Program-made: the position numbers and the translations under genes
Source of the DNA: Collinsella sp.
GTDB lineage: Bacteria; Actinomycetota; Coriobacteriia; Coriobacteriales; Coriobacteriaceae
NCBI GenBank assembly: GCA_019414025.1
Contig: DXMU01000046.1
Coordinates: 20,801 to 84,800, forward strand
Direction: 5' to 3'
DNA length: 64,000 nucleotides
Part shown: piece by piece, positions 1 to 12,921 of the stretch
Layout: the number at the start of each line of letters is the position of its first letter
Numbering within the stretch: the stretch's first letter is position 1
The notes under the pieces: generated by a model
Databases searched by the model: none
Told to the model about the DNA's origin: nothing
What the model saw: only the letters and a program-made list of their open reading frames with translations

Positions 1-1044
1 ATCGAGATGTCCTTCGTTGACCAGAACGATGTCATGAGCGCGCTCGAGGAGGTCCTGGCCGACGCTTTCGGCCGCATGGGTGTCGAGATGCCCACGCCGC
101 TGCGTCGCATGGACTACTGGGAGGCCATGGATACCTATGGCTCCGACAAGCCCGACACCCGCTACGGCATGCACCTGATCGACCTGACCGATATCTTTGC
201 CAACTCCAAGTTTAAGGTCTTTGCGACCGCCGCAAACGAGGAGGGTTCCGTCGTCAAGGCCATCAACGCAAAGGGCGCCGGTGCCTGGGCACGTGCCAAG
301 ATCGATAAGCTCGCCGGCGTGGCCTCCACGTTTGGCGCCAAGGGCTTGGCTTGGATCGCCTTCCGCGAGGATGGCTCCATCAACAGCCCCATCGTCAAGT
401 TCTTCTCGGACGAGGAGATGGCGGCCCTGCGCGAGCGCATGGACGTCGAGCCCGGCGACCTCGTGATGTTCGCCGCCGGCCCGCGCCTGCTCTCTGACGA
501 GATCCTGGGCGGCATGCGTTCCCACATGGCCAATGCGCTCGAGATCAAGCGCGAGGGCCACGACTTCCTGTGGGTCGTCAACTTCCCGCTGTTCCATTGG
601 GACGAGGATCGCAAGGCCTATGCTGCCGAGCACCAGCCCTTTACCCTGCCGACCGAGACCGACATCGCCAAGATTGAGGCCGATCCGCTGGCAGCCGGTT
701 CTTGCACCTACGACTTTGTCATGGACGGCTTTGAGGCCGGCGGCGGTGGCATGCGTATCCACAACGCCGAGATGCAGATGTCCATGCTCAAGCTCCTGGG
801 CTTTACCGAGGAGCGTGCCGAGTCGCAGTTTGGCTTCCTCATGGAGGCCCTCAAGTTTGGTGCGCCCCCGATGGGCGGTTTTGCTCTGGGCCTGGACCGC
901 GTGTGCATGCTGCTCACCGGCTCCGACTCCATCCGCGACGTCATGGCGTTCCCCAAGACGGCCAGCGGCTCCGACCTCATGTCGGGCGCTCCGAGTGCCG
1001 TTTCCGGCGCCCAGCTCAAGGACGTCAGCCTGCGCCTGATGTAG
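1..1044 (+). CDS. aspS: Aspartate--tRNA ligase, C-terminal ~347 aa (5' end outside window)
   Basis: ORF is open to the window edge. Class II aaRS C-terminal motifs present: [33 protein letters not shown]. Confidence 0.9.
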   Translation: MEMSFVDQNDVMSALEEVLADAFGRMGVEMPTPLRRMDYWEAMDTYGSDKPDTRYGMHLIDLTDIFANSKFKVFATAANEEGSVVKAINAKGAGAWARAKIDKLAGVASTFGAKGLAWIAFREDGSINSPIVKFFSDEEMAALRERMDVEPGDLVMFAAGPRLLSDEILGGMRSHMANALEIKREGHDFLWVVNFPLFHWDEDRKAYAAEHQPFTLPTETDIAKIEADPLAAGSCTYDFVMDGFEAGGGGMRIHNAEMQMSMLKLLGFTEERAESQFGFLMEALKFGAPPMGGFALGLDRVCMLLTGSDSIRDVMAFPKTASGSDLMSGAPSAVSGAQLKDVSLRLM

Positions 1045-1067
1045 GCGAGCAGCTACATATTGCCCGT

Positions 1068-1103
1068 AACGAGGGAAGGACGTGTGCCTTCCCTCGTTTT
1101 TTA
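1068..1103 (+). terminator. Rho-independent terminator after aspS
   Basis: Stem aacgagggaagg / ccttccctcgtt followed by a T-run. Confidence 0.75.
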
Positions 1104-1142
1104 TACGCCGAGATTGTGAGGGCATGGGATGACCGGGCGTCG

Positions 1143-1343
1143 CGGAAAGTGCGTCCCGGAATCTGCGTCCAAAACGGGTCGCAGTTTCCCAAACAGGGCC
1201 CCTTGGGAAACCGCGGCCCAGAATTCAGCCAAATAATGGGACACAGTTTCCGGTTGAGCTGTCTGACGGAAATTGTGCCCCAGAATGAGCGCTCAAAACG
1301 GGACGGGCTTTCCGCAACAATTGTCTGGCGGAAAGCCTGTCCC
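1143..1343. repeat. Tandem array (3.5 units, 62-bp period) of hairpin units
   Basis: 15-nt arms at 1176-1190/1205-1219, 1238-1252/1267-1281 and 1300-1314/1329-1343, plus a half unit at 1143-1157. The spacing is exactly 62 bp. Confidence 0.85.
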
Positions 1344-1349
1344 AGTTTC

Positions 1350-2366
1350 TTATAGTGAGTCTCTCTGGATCAGCTGCATGTGCATGACGGTGGTGGTTGG
1401 CTCGGCACCCTTGATCATGTCGAGCGCAATGTTGGCGGCCATGTGGCCTTCTTCGCGCAGGGGCTGGCGGACGGTCGTGAGTGCGGGGACGCAGCGCGTC
1501 GCAATCTCGTGATCGTCGAAGCCGACGACAGAAGCGTCCGCCGGAACGGATAGGCCTGCCTCGTTGAGTGCGGTGATGACGCCAGCCGCGATACGGTCCG
1601 ATCCACAGAGCACGCCATCGAAAGCAATCTCGCGCGCGAGGATCTGGTGCATGGCCTGATAGCCGTCTCCGCTGTTCCAGCCGGTATAGATAACGTTTGC
1701 GTCTGGGAGGTCTTCGCCCAAGACGGCGCGGTAGCCGCGCAGGCGGTCGACAACAGCGGGGTTGTCTTGCGGTCCCAACACGGCGACGATATCTTTGCGC
1801 CCGCGCTCCTTCATGGCGAGTGCCGCAAAGCGTCCGCCCTCTTCGTCGTCAGAGTAGACCGTCGAGAACACATCGCGATAGGGGTGGCCCTCGAGCTGGC
1901 CGCACAACACGGTGGGTACGCCCAGCTCACGCAGCACCTCGAGCAGCTCACTGCCCTTGTAGGGCGAGACGTCGATGACGGCGTCAAACGAGCGGCGCTC
2001 AAAGTGCTCGCGTGCGCGGTTGCGCTCATGCGTAGAAGACGCCTGCAAGATAACGGGCAGATAGGACGACTCCGAAAGTTCCTCGGTAATGCCGCTCAAA
2101 AACTCGCTATAGGTGGGGTCGCTGAAGAGTTCACTCAGGGGCTCGGTCACGAGCACGGCGATGATTTCCGTGCGCCCGACGGCGAGCGCTCGGCCACGAG
2201 CGTTGGGGACAAAATTGACTTCCTTGGCCGCCGCGCGGACGCGCTTTTTGGTTTCCTCGCTAATGCGGGGCGAATCGTTGAGGGCGCGCGATGCCGTGGA
2301 GCGCGACACGCCGGCAGCTGCGGCAACCTCGGCAAGCGTAGGTGCGGTGCGAACTGGTTGGGTCAT
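1350..2366 (-). CDS. LacI-family transcriptional regulator (EbgR-like position)
   Basis: N-terminal HTH TLAEVAAAAGVSRSTASRALND and a sugar-binding-type C-domain. Divergent from the GH2 gene. Confidence 0.9.
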   Translation of the reverse strand: MTQPVRTAPTLAEVAAAAGVSRSTASRALNDSPRISEETKKRVRAAAKEVNFVPNARGRALAVGRTEIIAVLVTEPLSELFSDPTYSEFLSGITEELSESSYLPVILQASSTHERNRAREHFERRSFDAVIDVSPYKGSELLEVLRELGVPTVLCGQLEGHPYRDVFSTVYSDDEEGGRFAALAMKERGRKDIVAVLGPQDNPAVVDRLRGYRAVLGEDLPDANVIYTGWNSGDGYQAMHQILAREIAFDGVLCGSDRIAAGVITALNEAGLSVPADASVVGFDDHEIATRCVPALTTVRQPLREEGHMAANIALDMIKGAEPTTTVMHMQLIQRDSL

Positions 2367-2639
2367 GGCGTCTCCTGGAAAATGCGGTCGATGTTGTCAC
2401 TGATACGGGCTGGTGCGGATACAGCTTACTATAGTGCGCCTGAACAGCGTTCATGATATCCGGCCACTGGTGGCATTTCGCGTTCAAGCTGCTGTTGAAC
2501 ATGGCTCGCAAGGGTGGGGCATAGATGGGCGCGGCCGTTGTCCGCCGCCTGGGAATGCTGTTTTGCGCTGAGTTTCGATACTCAGGGTGACATAAGTGTC
2601 GCGGTTGTACAACCGGTTGCACAAGAATCACTACGATGA

Positions 2640-5663
<3,024 letters not shown>

Positions 5664-5666
5664 GTC

Positions 5667-6122
5667 ATGCATGTCTTTAACTCGCGCGCCGATTTCGACG
5701 CTCAGATGAAGTCCGTCAAGAAGTGGATGCGCACCGGTCAGGCGCTCGATGGCGTTGCCGACCTGCAGCACGACGTGGCTTACTCCATCGGCGACTCGTT
5801 GGTGTACTGGTGGGTCTATGCCCGCGAGGCCGCTACCGCCGATCTGGTCGGTCACCGTCGCTACCATGCCGTGCTCGCTCCGCTCGACGGCGACCTGACC
5901 GTCGAGGTGGCTTCCAAGGCGGATCTTACCTGCACGCGCGCTTACAGCGATATCGACGATCGCGAGCGCTTTGAGGGTATGGGGGAGACCATGACGATTC
6001 CCGCCGGCGGCGTTGCCGTCGTCGAAATTGACGAGGCCTACCGTGTCGTGGCCGATGTCGCGGATTCCCGCGTCGTGGTACTGCACGTGACGGTTGAAGG
6101 TTATTCCTTCCCCAACAAGTAG
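5667..6122 (+). CDS. ebgC: Beta-galactosidase subunit beta / YhcH-YjgK-YiaL family
   Basis: 151 aa. Matches the EbgC pattern along its length as I recall it: KKW, SIGDSL, GHRRY, DRE..G.GET, EAYR, C-terminal NK. AAGGAGG RBS. Confidence 0.8.
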   Translation: MHVFNSRADFDAQMKSVKKWMRTGQALDGVADLQHDVAYSIGDSLVYWWVYAREAATADLVGHRRYHAVLAPLDGDLTVEVASKADLTCTRAYSDIDDRERFEGMGETMTIPAGGVAVVEIDEAYRVVADVADSRVVVLHVTVEGYSFPNK

Positions 6123-6263
6123 TATTCGTCCGTTTGGACGTTTGCTTCGCGCCGTTAAGGGGGATGGCTTTGTTGACTCCCTTTTCCCCATTCCCCTTAG
6201 CAGGTGCGCCGTCCACGATTGCGCTTGCAGTCCGGACGGTTTTAGATGAGATATAACGGATGA

Positions 6264-7739
<1,476 letters not shown>

Positions 7740-7786
7740 CGGCTAGGATTAATCTGCGGCTGTGGAATAAATCGATTCCCTTTCCT

Positions 7787-7825
7787 AAGGAGGGGCCTTA
7801 CGAGGCCCCTCCTTTTGTGTTTTGG
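7787..7825 (+). terminator. Rho-independent terminator after the permease
   Basis: aaggaggggcct / aggcccctcctt hairpin followed by a T-rich tail. Confidence 0.7.
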
Positions 7826-7843
7826 GACATGGTTTTGGACCCC

Positions 7844-8063
7844 GTGGTCAAAAAATGCCAAATATGAGTACTGTTGCAAAAGAGGTGTCATATTTTTCGG
7901 CCCGTTCTGAGCGAAAATGGGCTCAAAATCAATTTATCTAACCCCCTTTAAAGGGCGTTTGACGGTTTTCAACCTCTTCGAATCGCTCAAAGTAGGCACT
8001 TTGCTCTCGATTTTGCTGCTACTAAATTGGTGACAGTACTCATATTTGCCACTTTTTGCCCAC
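7844..8063. repeat. 31-bp imperfect inverted repeats (28/31) flanking a 158-bp AT-richer core
   Basis: The reverse complement of the left arm (7844-7874) matches the right arm (8033-8063): acagtactcatatttg(g/c)ca(t/c)tttttg(a/c)ccac. Confidence 0.8.
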
Positions 8064-8160
8064 GAGGTGTTCAGAGGAGCTCTCGACAAGCATCTAACGC
8101 TACAATAACTACCACGTGGCTGGGTTTGCCGGCCGAATGTGCGATGCCGCGGGAGGGGAC

Positions 8161-8409
8161 ATGGTCGAGTTTACAAAGACGATTAAAGATCCGTTGGGAC
8201 TGCATGCCCGCCCGGTTGCGCTGCTTTACGACATCATTGCCAAGCATCGTAGCAACGTATCGGTCAGTATCGGCGATCGCCATACCGACGGCCGCGATGT
8301 AATGGGGCTCATGGCTCTCTACGGCGAGTGCGGCGAGGACATCATCTTCCGCGTTTCGGGCGTAGACGAGGCTTCCTGCGTCACGTCGATCAGAAACCTC
8401 TCGCTCTAA
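8161..8409 (+). CDS. HPr-family phosphocarrier paralogue
   Basis: GLHARP (His15 region) and a VMGLMAL segment. GGGAGGGG RBS 2 nt upstream of the ATG. Terminator downstream. Confidence 0.8.
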   Translation: MVEFTKTIKDPLGLHARPVALLYDIIAKHRSNVSVSIGDRHTDGRDVMGLMALYGECGEDIIFRVSGVDEASCVTSIRNLSL

Positions 8410-8417
8410 GCATGACA

Positions 8418-8457
8418 GGGCGCGGCAAAGGACAGCTCTTTGCCGCGCCTTTTTGTT
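8418..8457 (+). terminator. Rho-independent terminator after the HPr-like gene
   Basis: ggcgcggcaaag / ctttgccgcgcc stem plus TTTTT. Confidence 0.8.
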
Positions 8458-8597
8458 TCGTATAGGAAACTTTTTCGAAATCTAAATGGGGACCCTTTCC
8501 AAAAAGTTAACCACGTGCTAGTTTACTAAAGCGAACATAGATGTGGTTAACTTTTACCGCGTCGATGTTGAGGACGAACTGACGTTAGGAGCCACTC

Positions 8598-8840
8598 ATG
8601 TCTTGCGGACCGCAGATGCCGGCAATGCCGCTTTCGATGGTAAAAGCGGGCGAAACCGTGCGCGTGTCTCGTGTAAAGGGCAATGAGGATATGAAGCACC
8701 ACCTCAAGGACCTCGGCTTTGTCGAGGGCAGCGAAATTCACGTGGTGAGCTCGAGTGGCGCCAATATCATCGTCACGGTGCTGGGCGCACGCTTTGGTAT
8801 CGATTCCAAGGTTGCCATGCACATCATGACCGTCGGTTAG
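8598..8840 (+). CDS. feoA: FeoA-family protein
   Basis: SH3-like FeoA pattern (GETVRVSRV...LGF.EGSEI). AGGAG RBS. Confidence 0.85.
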   Translation: MSCGPQMPAMPLSMVKAGETVRVSRVKGNEDMKHHLKDLGFVEGSEIHVVSSSGANIIVTVLGARFGIDSKVAMHIMTVG

Positions 8841-8876
8841 TCCGCAGCATTTAAAAACTGAAAGGGGGACAAGTAA

Positions 8877-9098
8877 ATGAAGACGTTGGGTGACGTTAAG
8901 GTGGGCGAGAGCTCTACCATCGTCAAGCTTCACGGTGAGGGTGCGCTTCGCCGCCACCTTATGGACCTGGGCCTCATCAAGGGCACTTCGTTCAAGGTCG
9001 TGAAGGTTGCACCGCTCGGTGATCCGGTCGAGATCAACGTGCGCGGCTACGAGCTTTCCATCCGCAAGGAGGAGGCGGCCGTCGTCGAGGTCCAGTAA
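8877..9098 (+). CDS. feoA: FeoA-family protein (second copy)
   Basis: VGESSTIVKLHG...LMDLGLIKGTSFKVV. RBS GGGGGA. Confidence 0.85.
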   Translation: MKTLGDVKVGESSTIVKLHGEGALRRHLMDLGLIKGTSFKVVKVAPLGDPVEINVRGYELSIRKEEAAVVEVQ

Positions 9099-9131
9099 GG
9101 GATCTTTGCGCGGTTATTTCTGCAGATAAAG

Positions 9132-9150
9132 TTAGGTTTTTCTAACTTAA
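9132..9150. promoter_or_regulatory. DtxR/IdeR-like iron box candidate between feoA2 and feoB
   Basis: ttaggtttttctaacttaa matches 15/19 of the recalled consensus TTAGGTTAG(G/C)CTAACCTAA. The core palindrome is AAGTTAG-N6-CTAACTT. Confidence 0.35.
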
Positions 9151-9223
9151 TGCAGCATCTTTGAAGCACATTATCCAGCCCGCGCGGAGAAAGCAGCGCA
9201 GGCACACAAGGAAGAAGGATTGA

Positions 9224-11551
9224 ATGGCGGATTCTCAGATCCATGTCGCGCTGGCGGGTAACCCCAACTGCGGCAAGACCACGCTTTTCAACCTGATCAC
9301 CGGCGCCAACGGCTACGTTGGCAACTGGCCCGGTGTCACGGTTGAGAAAAAGGAAGCCAAGCTCCTGAGCGACAAGAACGTTACCATCACGGACCTCCCC
9401 GGCATCTACTCGCTTTCCCCCTATAGCCCCGAGGAGCAGTGCTCGCGCGATTACCTCATGAGCGGCGAGCCCGATGTCGTCGTCCAGGTGGTCGACGCCA
9501 CCAACCTCGAGCGCAACCTGTACCTGGCGCTTCAGGTTATCGAGACCGGCCTGCCCGTGGTCGTCGCCCTCAACATGGCCGACTTGGTCGAGAAGAACGG
9601 CGACAAGATCGACACGGACAAGCTCTCCAAGAAGCTCGGCTGCCCGGTCATGATGATCTCGGCCCTTAAGAACAAGGGCATCAACGAGCTGTTCGAGCAG
9701 GTCAAGAAGTCCGCTGCTTCCAAGGGCCAGGTGCCGGAGCACAAGTTCGATTCCTCCATCGAGGACGTTCTGGACCACATCGAGAACAATCTGCCGGCGA
9801 GCGTTCCCGCCAACAAGCGTCGCTACTACGCCGTCAAGCTGTTCGAGCGCGACGCGGACGCCTGCAAGCTCATCAACCTCACTAAGGAGAAGGCCGCTCG
9901 CGTCGAGCAGCTGGTCGCCCAGTGCGAGCAGGATTGCGACGACGACGCCGAGTCCATCATCACCGGCGAGCGCTACGGCGTGATCGCCCACATCATCGAC
10001 GAGTGCCTCACCAAGGCTCCGGCCAAGATGAGCACCTCCGAGAAGATCGACCGTGTGGTTACCAACCGTATCTTGGGCCTGCCGATCTTTGTGGTCATCA
10101 TGTTCTGCGTGTACTACATTGCCGTCTCTACCCTGGGCGGCACGGTGACCGACTTCACCAACGACCAGCTCTTCGGCACCGACGGCTGGTACGTGCTCGG
10201 TCAGGGTCGCGACGCCTATGACGCAGCTGTTGAGGCTGCGGGCGACAACGCCGACTCGGTCGACCCAGCACAGTACGGCCCCTATGTCCCGGGTATCACC
10301 ACCGCGGTGCATGACGCTCTCGTGGCGGGCGGTACCGAGGACGGTGGCCTCGTCGATTCGCTGGTCTGCGACGGCATCGTGGCTGGCATCGGCGCCATCA
10401 TGGGCTTCGTCCCGCAGATGTTCCTGCTCTTTGTGATGCTGTCTTTCTTGGAGGACTGCGGTTACATGGCCCGCGTCGCCTTCATCATGGACCGCGTGTT
10501 CCGCCGCTTTGGCCTGTCCGGTAAGTCCTTTATCCCCATGCTCGTGTCCTCGGGCTGCGGCGTCCCCGGCGTCATGGCCACCAAGACCATCGAGAACGAG
10601 AAGGACCGCCGCATGACGGTCATGACCACCACGTTTATTCCCTGCGGTGCCAAGCTGCCGATCATCGCCCTGCTCATGGGTTCCATCATCGGCGATTCTT
10701 CGACCACCGCCGCGTGGATCAGCCCGCTCTTCTACTTCCTGGGCGTCTTTGCCGTCATTGCTTCGGGCCTCATGCTCAAGAAGACCAAGCTCTTCGCCGG
10801 TCGCCCGACGCCGTTTGTTATGGAGCTTCCTGCCTACCACTTCCCGGCGATCCGTTCTTGGGCGCTGCACGTGTGGGAGCGCTGCTGGGCCTTTATCAAG
10901 AAGGCCGGTACGGTCATCTTCGCGTCCACCGTCGTCGTTTGGTTCCTCTCCAACTTTGGCAGCTACAACGGTTCCTTTGGCTTCCTGCCTGCGATGGACG
11001 GCATCCCCGAGGAGTTCATGGATTACTCCGTGCTCGCCATGCTCGGCAACCTGGTCGCTTGGATCTTCGCCCCGCTCGGCTTTAGCACCTGGCAGACCAC
11101 TGCGCTGACCGTCTCCGGCCTCGTGGCTAAGGAGAATGTCGTCGCTACCGCCGGCTCGCTGCTCTCCGTCGCCGATGCTGGCGAGACCGACCCGAGCCTG
11201 TGGACCGCGTTTGCGGGCATGTTCCCCACCATGGGTGCTTGCGTGGCCTTTGGTGCCTTCAACCTGCTGTGCGCTCCGTGCTTCGCAGCCATGGGCACCA
11301 TCCGCAACCAGATGGATTCCGGCAAGTGGACCGCTATCGCCATCGGCTACGAGTGCGCCTTTGCTTGGGTCATCGGCCTGTTCATCAACCAGTTCTACAA
11401 CCTGTTTGTGTTGGGCCAGTTTGGTATTTGGACGATTGTAGCCATCGTGCTGCTGGTTGCGATGCTCTTCCAGATCTTCCGTCCCATGCCCAAGTATGCA
11501 TGGACCGACGAGGACGAGACCAACACTGCTTCCGCCGCAGTTTCCGCTTAA
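9224..11551 (+). CDS. feoB: Ferrous iron transporter FeoB
   Basis: N-terminal G-domain GNPNCGKTTLFN, DLPG, and a polytopic membrane domain. 775 aa. Confidence 0.95.
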   Translation: MADSQIHVALAGNPNCGKTTLFNLITGANGYVGNWPGVTVEKKEAKLLSDKNVTITDLPGIYSLSPYSPEEQCSRDYLMSGEPDVVVQVVDATNLERNLYLALQVIETGLPVVVALNMADLVEKNGDKIDTDKLSKKLGCPVMMISALKNKGINELFEQVKKSAASKGQVPEHKFDSSIEDVLDHIENNLPASVPANKRRYYAVKLFERDADACKLINLTKEKAARVEQLVAQCEQDCDDDAESIITGERYGVIAHIIDECLTKAPAKMSTSEKIDRVVTNRILGLPIFVVIMFCVYYIAVSTLGGTVTDFTNDQLFGTDGWYVLGQGRDAYDAAVEAAGDNADSVDPAQYGPYVPGITTAVHDALVAGGTEDGGLVDSLVCDGIVAGIGAIMGFVPQMFLLFVMLSFLEDCGYMARVAFIMDRVFRRFGLSGKSFIPMLVSSGCGVPGVMATKTIENEKDRRMTVMTTTFIPCGAKLPIIALLMGSIIGDSSTTAAWISPLFYFLGVFAVIASGLMLKKTKLFAGRPTPFVMELPAYHFPAIRSWALHVWERCWAFIKKAGTVIFASTVVVWFLSNFGSYNGSFGFLPAMDGIPEEFMDYSVLAMLGNLVAWIFAPLGFSTWQTTALTVSGLVAKENVVATAGSLLSVADAGETDPSLWTAFAGMFPTMGACVAFGAFNLLCAPCFAAMGTIRNQMDSGKWTAIAIGYECAFAWVIGLFINQFYNLFVLGQFGIWTIVAIVLLVAMLFQIFRPMPKYAWTDEDETNTASAAVSA

Positions 11552-11580
11552 GTCCGAATAAGGATTAGCCCCTTTCCACG

Positions 11581-11614
11581 AGCCCGGGTGTCCCAGCGAC
11601 ACTCGGGCTTTTTG
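11581..11614 (+). terminator. Hairpin plus T-run after feoB
   Basis: agcccgggtgtc / gacactcgggct stem followed by TTTTT. Confidence 0.7.
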
Positions 11615-11726
11615 GTGCGGGAGATGTGGCGTTTCCGCAGATAAAACCGACCAAAATATACCTGTCCCTTTTTGGCAGGTGGAGAATGGGGTAAAGTAAG
11701 TGGTGGTTAACTAGAGGAGGCTTGCT

Positions 11727-11927
11727 ATGGCACCTATCGATATTGTTGTACTGGCTGTTATCGGCATTGCGTTTGTCGCCGTGTGCGTGCGCATTTATCG
11801 CAAGGGCACCTGCGCCGACTGCGCTCAAGGTGGCGTTTGCACGGGACATTGCTCCAACAAAAAGACCTGCGCCGCACTTAAGGGCGTAGACAAAATCGCC
11901 GAAGACTTGGGCCGCGGTATCAAGTAA
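11727..11927 (+). CDS. FeoB-associated Cys-rich small membrane protein
   Basis: N-terminal TM helix followed by CADCAQGGVCTGHCSNKKTC. GAGGAGG RBS. Confidence 0.75.
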   Translation: MAPIDIVVLAVIGIAFVAVCVRIYRKGTCADCAQGGVCTGHCSNKKTCAALKGVDKIAEDLGRGIK

Positions 11928-11940
11928 GCCCAGACATCCA

Positions 11941-11975
11941 AGCGCCCCGCGAGCATCCGCCCGCGGGGCGCTTTG
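11941..11975 (+). terminator. Hairpin terminator
   Basis: agcgccccgcg / cgcggggcgct stem followed by a T-rich stretch. Confidence 0.6.
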
Positions 11976-12089
11976 TACATTTGGGGGAGAGCGCGGCGAG
12001 TTGAAGAGTATTTTTGGGGTATCGCTAACTATGTGGTCAACGGCCCGCTCACCGTGGTCCATGCCGTGGCAGGCGCCAAGCTCGCCGTC

Positions 12090-12216
12090 GAAGGCATGAC
12101 TAACTACCTGGGCCTCTAACTCCACCCCGCCCATCAGTTGCGGTGGAATACGGACTGTTTTGGCTGTCAAAGGCCTTATCTACTCCGTATTCCACCGCAA
12201 CTTTTTGTGGGGTGGG
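12090..12216 (+). repeat. ~125-bp repeat element, copy 1 (19-bp hairpin arms AGTTGCGGTGGAATACGGA)
   Basis: Arms at 12136-12154 and 12184-12202. Near-identical to 20504-20633. Confidence 0.9.
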
Positions 12217-12921
12217 CTAGAGACGCTGCATGCGGTAGCCGACACCCATGTGCGTCTGAATCATCTTGGGGTGAGAGGGGTCTGCCTCGATCTTCTTGCG
12301 CAGGGTGCGCATGAACACGCGCAGGCTCGCCAGATCGCTGTCCCAGCTCGTGCCCCATATCTCGCGGGTGATGAAGGTGTGGGTGAGCACCTTGTCGACG
12401 TTTTTCGCCAGAAGGACGAGCAATTTGTACTCGGTTGGGGTGAGCGAGAGCTCGCGTCCATCTTTCGTCGCGTATCCCGCGGCGTAGTCGATATGCAGCG
12501 GACCGTTGTCGAACGTGCTCGCTTCTGTCGACTCGCTCGACGCCATCGAGGAGCGCCTCAAATTCGCACGGACGCGCGCGAGCAACTCATCCACAGAAAA
12601 GGGCTTGGTGAGGTAGTCGTCTGCCCCTGCGTCAAGTGCTGCAATCTTGTCGGAATCTTCGGTGCGCGCCGAAATGACGATAATGGGGACTGCTGACCAG
12701 CTTCGGATCTTCGTGATGACCTCGATACCGTCAATGTCGGGAAGGCCGAGGTCGAGCATGATGAGGCTGGGGCCGTGCGACACCGCATCCATGATGGCGG
12801 CCTGGCCGTTGCAAACCTTGCTCACGATATAGCCGTGGAGGTCAAGCGCGGTCGAAACGAGGTTTTGAACGGTCAGGTCATCTTCGACCAGGAGGATGCG
12901 TGGCTTAGCGGCATTATTCAT
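12217..12921 (-). CDS. kdpE: Response regulator KdpE (OmpR family)
   Basis: Receiver RILLVEDD...MLDLGLPDIDG plus a winged-helix C-terminus. The ATG overlaps the kdpD stop by 8 nt. The longer track ORF is rejected. Confidence 0.9.
   Translation of the reverse strand: MNNAAKPRILLVEDDLTVQNLVSTALDLHGYIVSKVCNGQAAIMDAVSHGPSLIMLDLGLPDIDGIEVITKIRSWSAVPIIVISARTEDSDKIAALDAGADDYLTKPFSVDELLARVRANLRRSSMASSESTEASTFDNGPLHIDYAAGYATKDGRELSLTPTEYKLLVLLAKNVDKVLTHTFITREIWGTSWDSDLASLRVFMRTLRKKIEADPSHPKMIQTHMGVGYRMQRL

Noticed and set aside
1143-1343. Possible CRISPR arrays at 1143-1343, 23111-23270 and 24393-24462.
   Set aside because: The repeats are not identical, the 'spacers' are short and themselves repeated, the units are internally palindromic or only 10 bp long, and there are no cas genes in the window.
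9047-11602. 851-aa antisense ORF over feoB. Similar long shadow ORFs occur at 17721-19361, 20693-22606, 25161-26762, 27732-29132, 31897-33495, 35997-37532, 38898-40160, 48059-49159, 55821-57116 and 62208-63998.
   Set aside because: Each lies opposite a gene with unambiguous conserved motifs and an RBS. None has recognisable domains, so I treat them as high-GC artefacts.
11928-12119. Stop-to-stop frame encoding ..YFWGIANYVVNGPLTVVHAVAGAKLAVEGMTNYLGL*, which looks protein-like.
   Set aside because: There is no ATG and no RBS. Its 3' end (EGMTNYL) is part of the repeat element also found after kdpC (EGMTDYL). It is probably a remnant or repeat sequence, not a gene.
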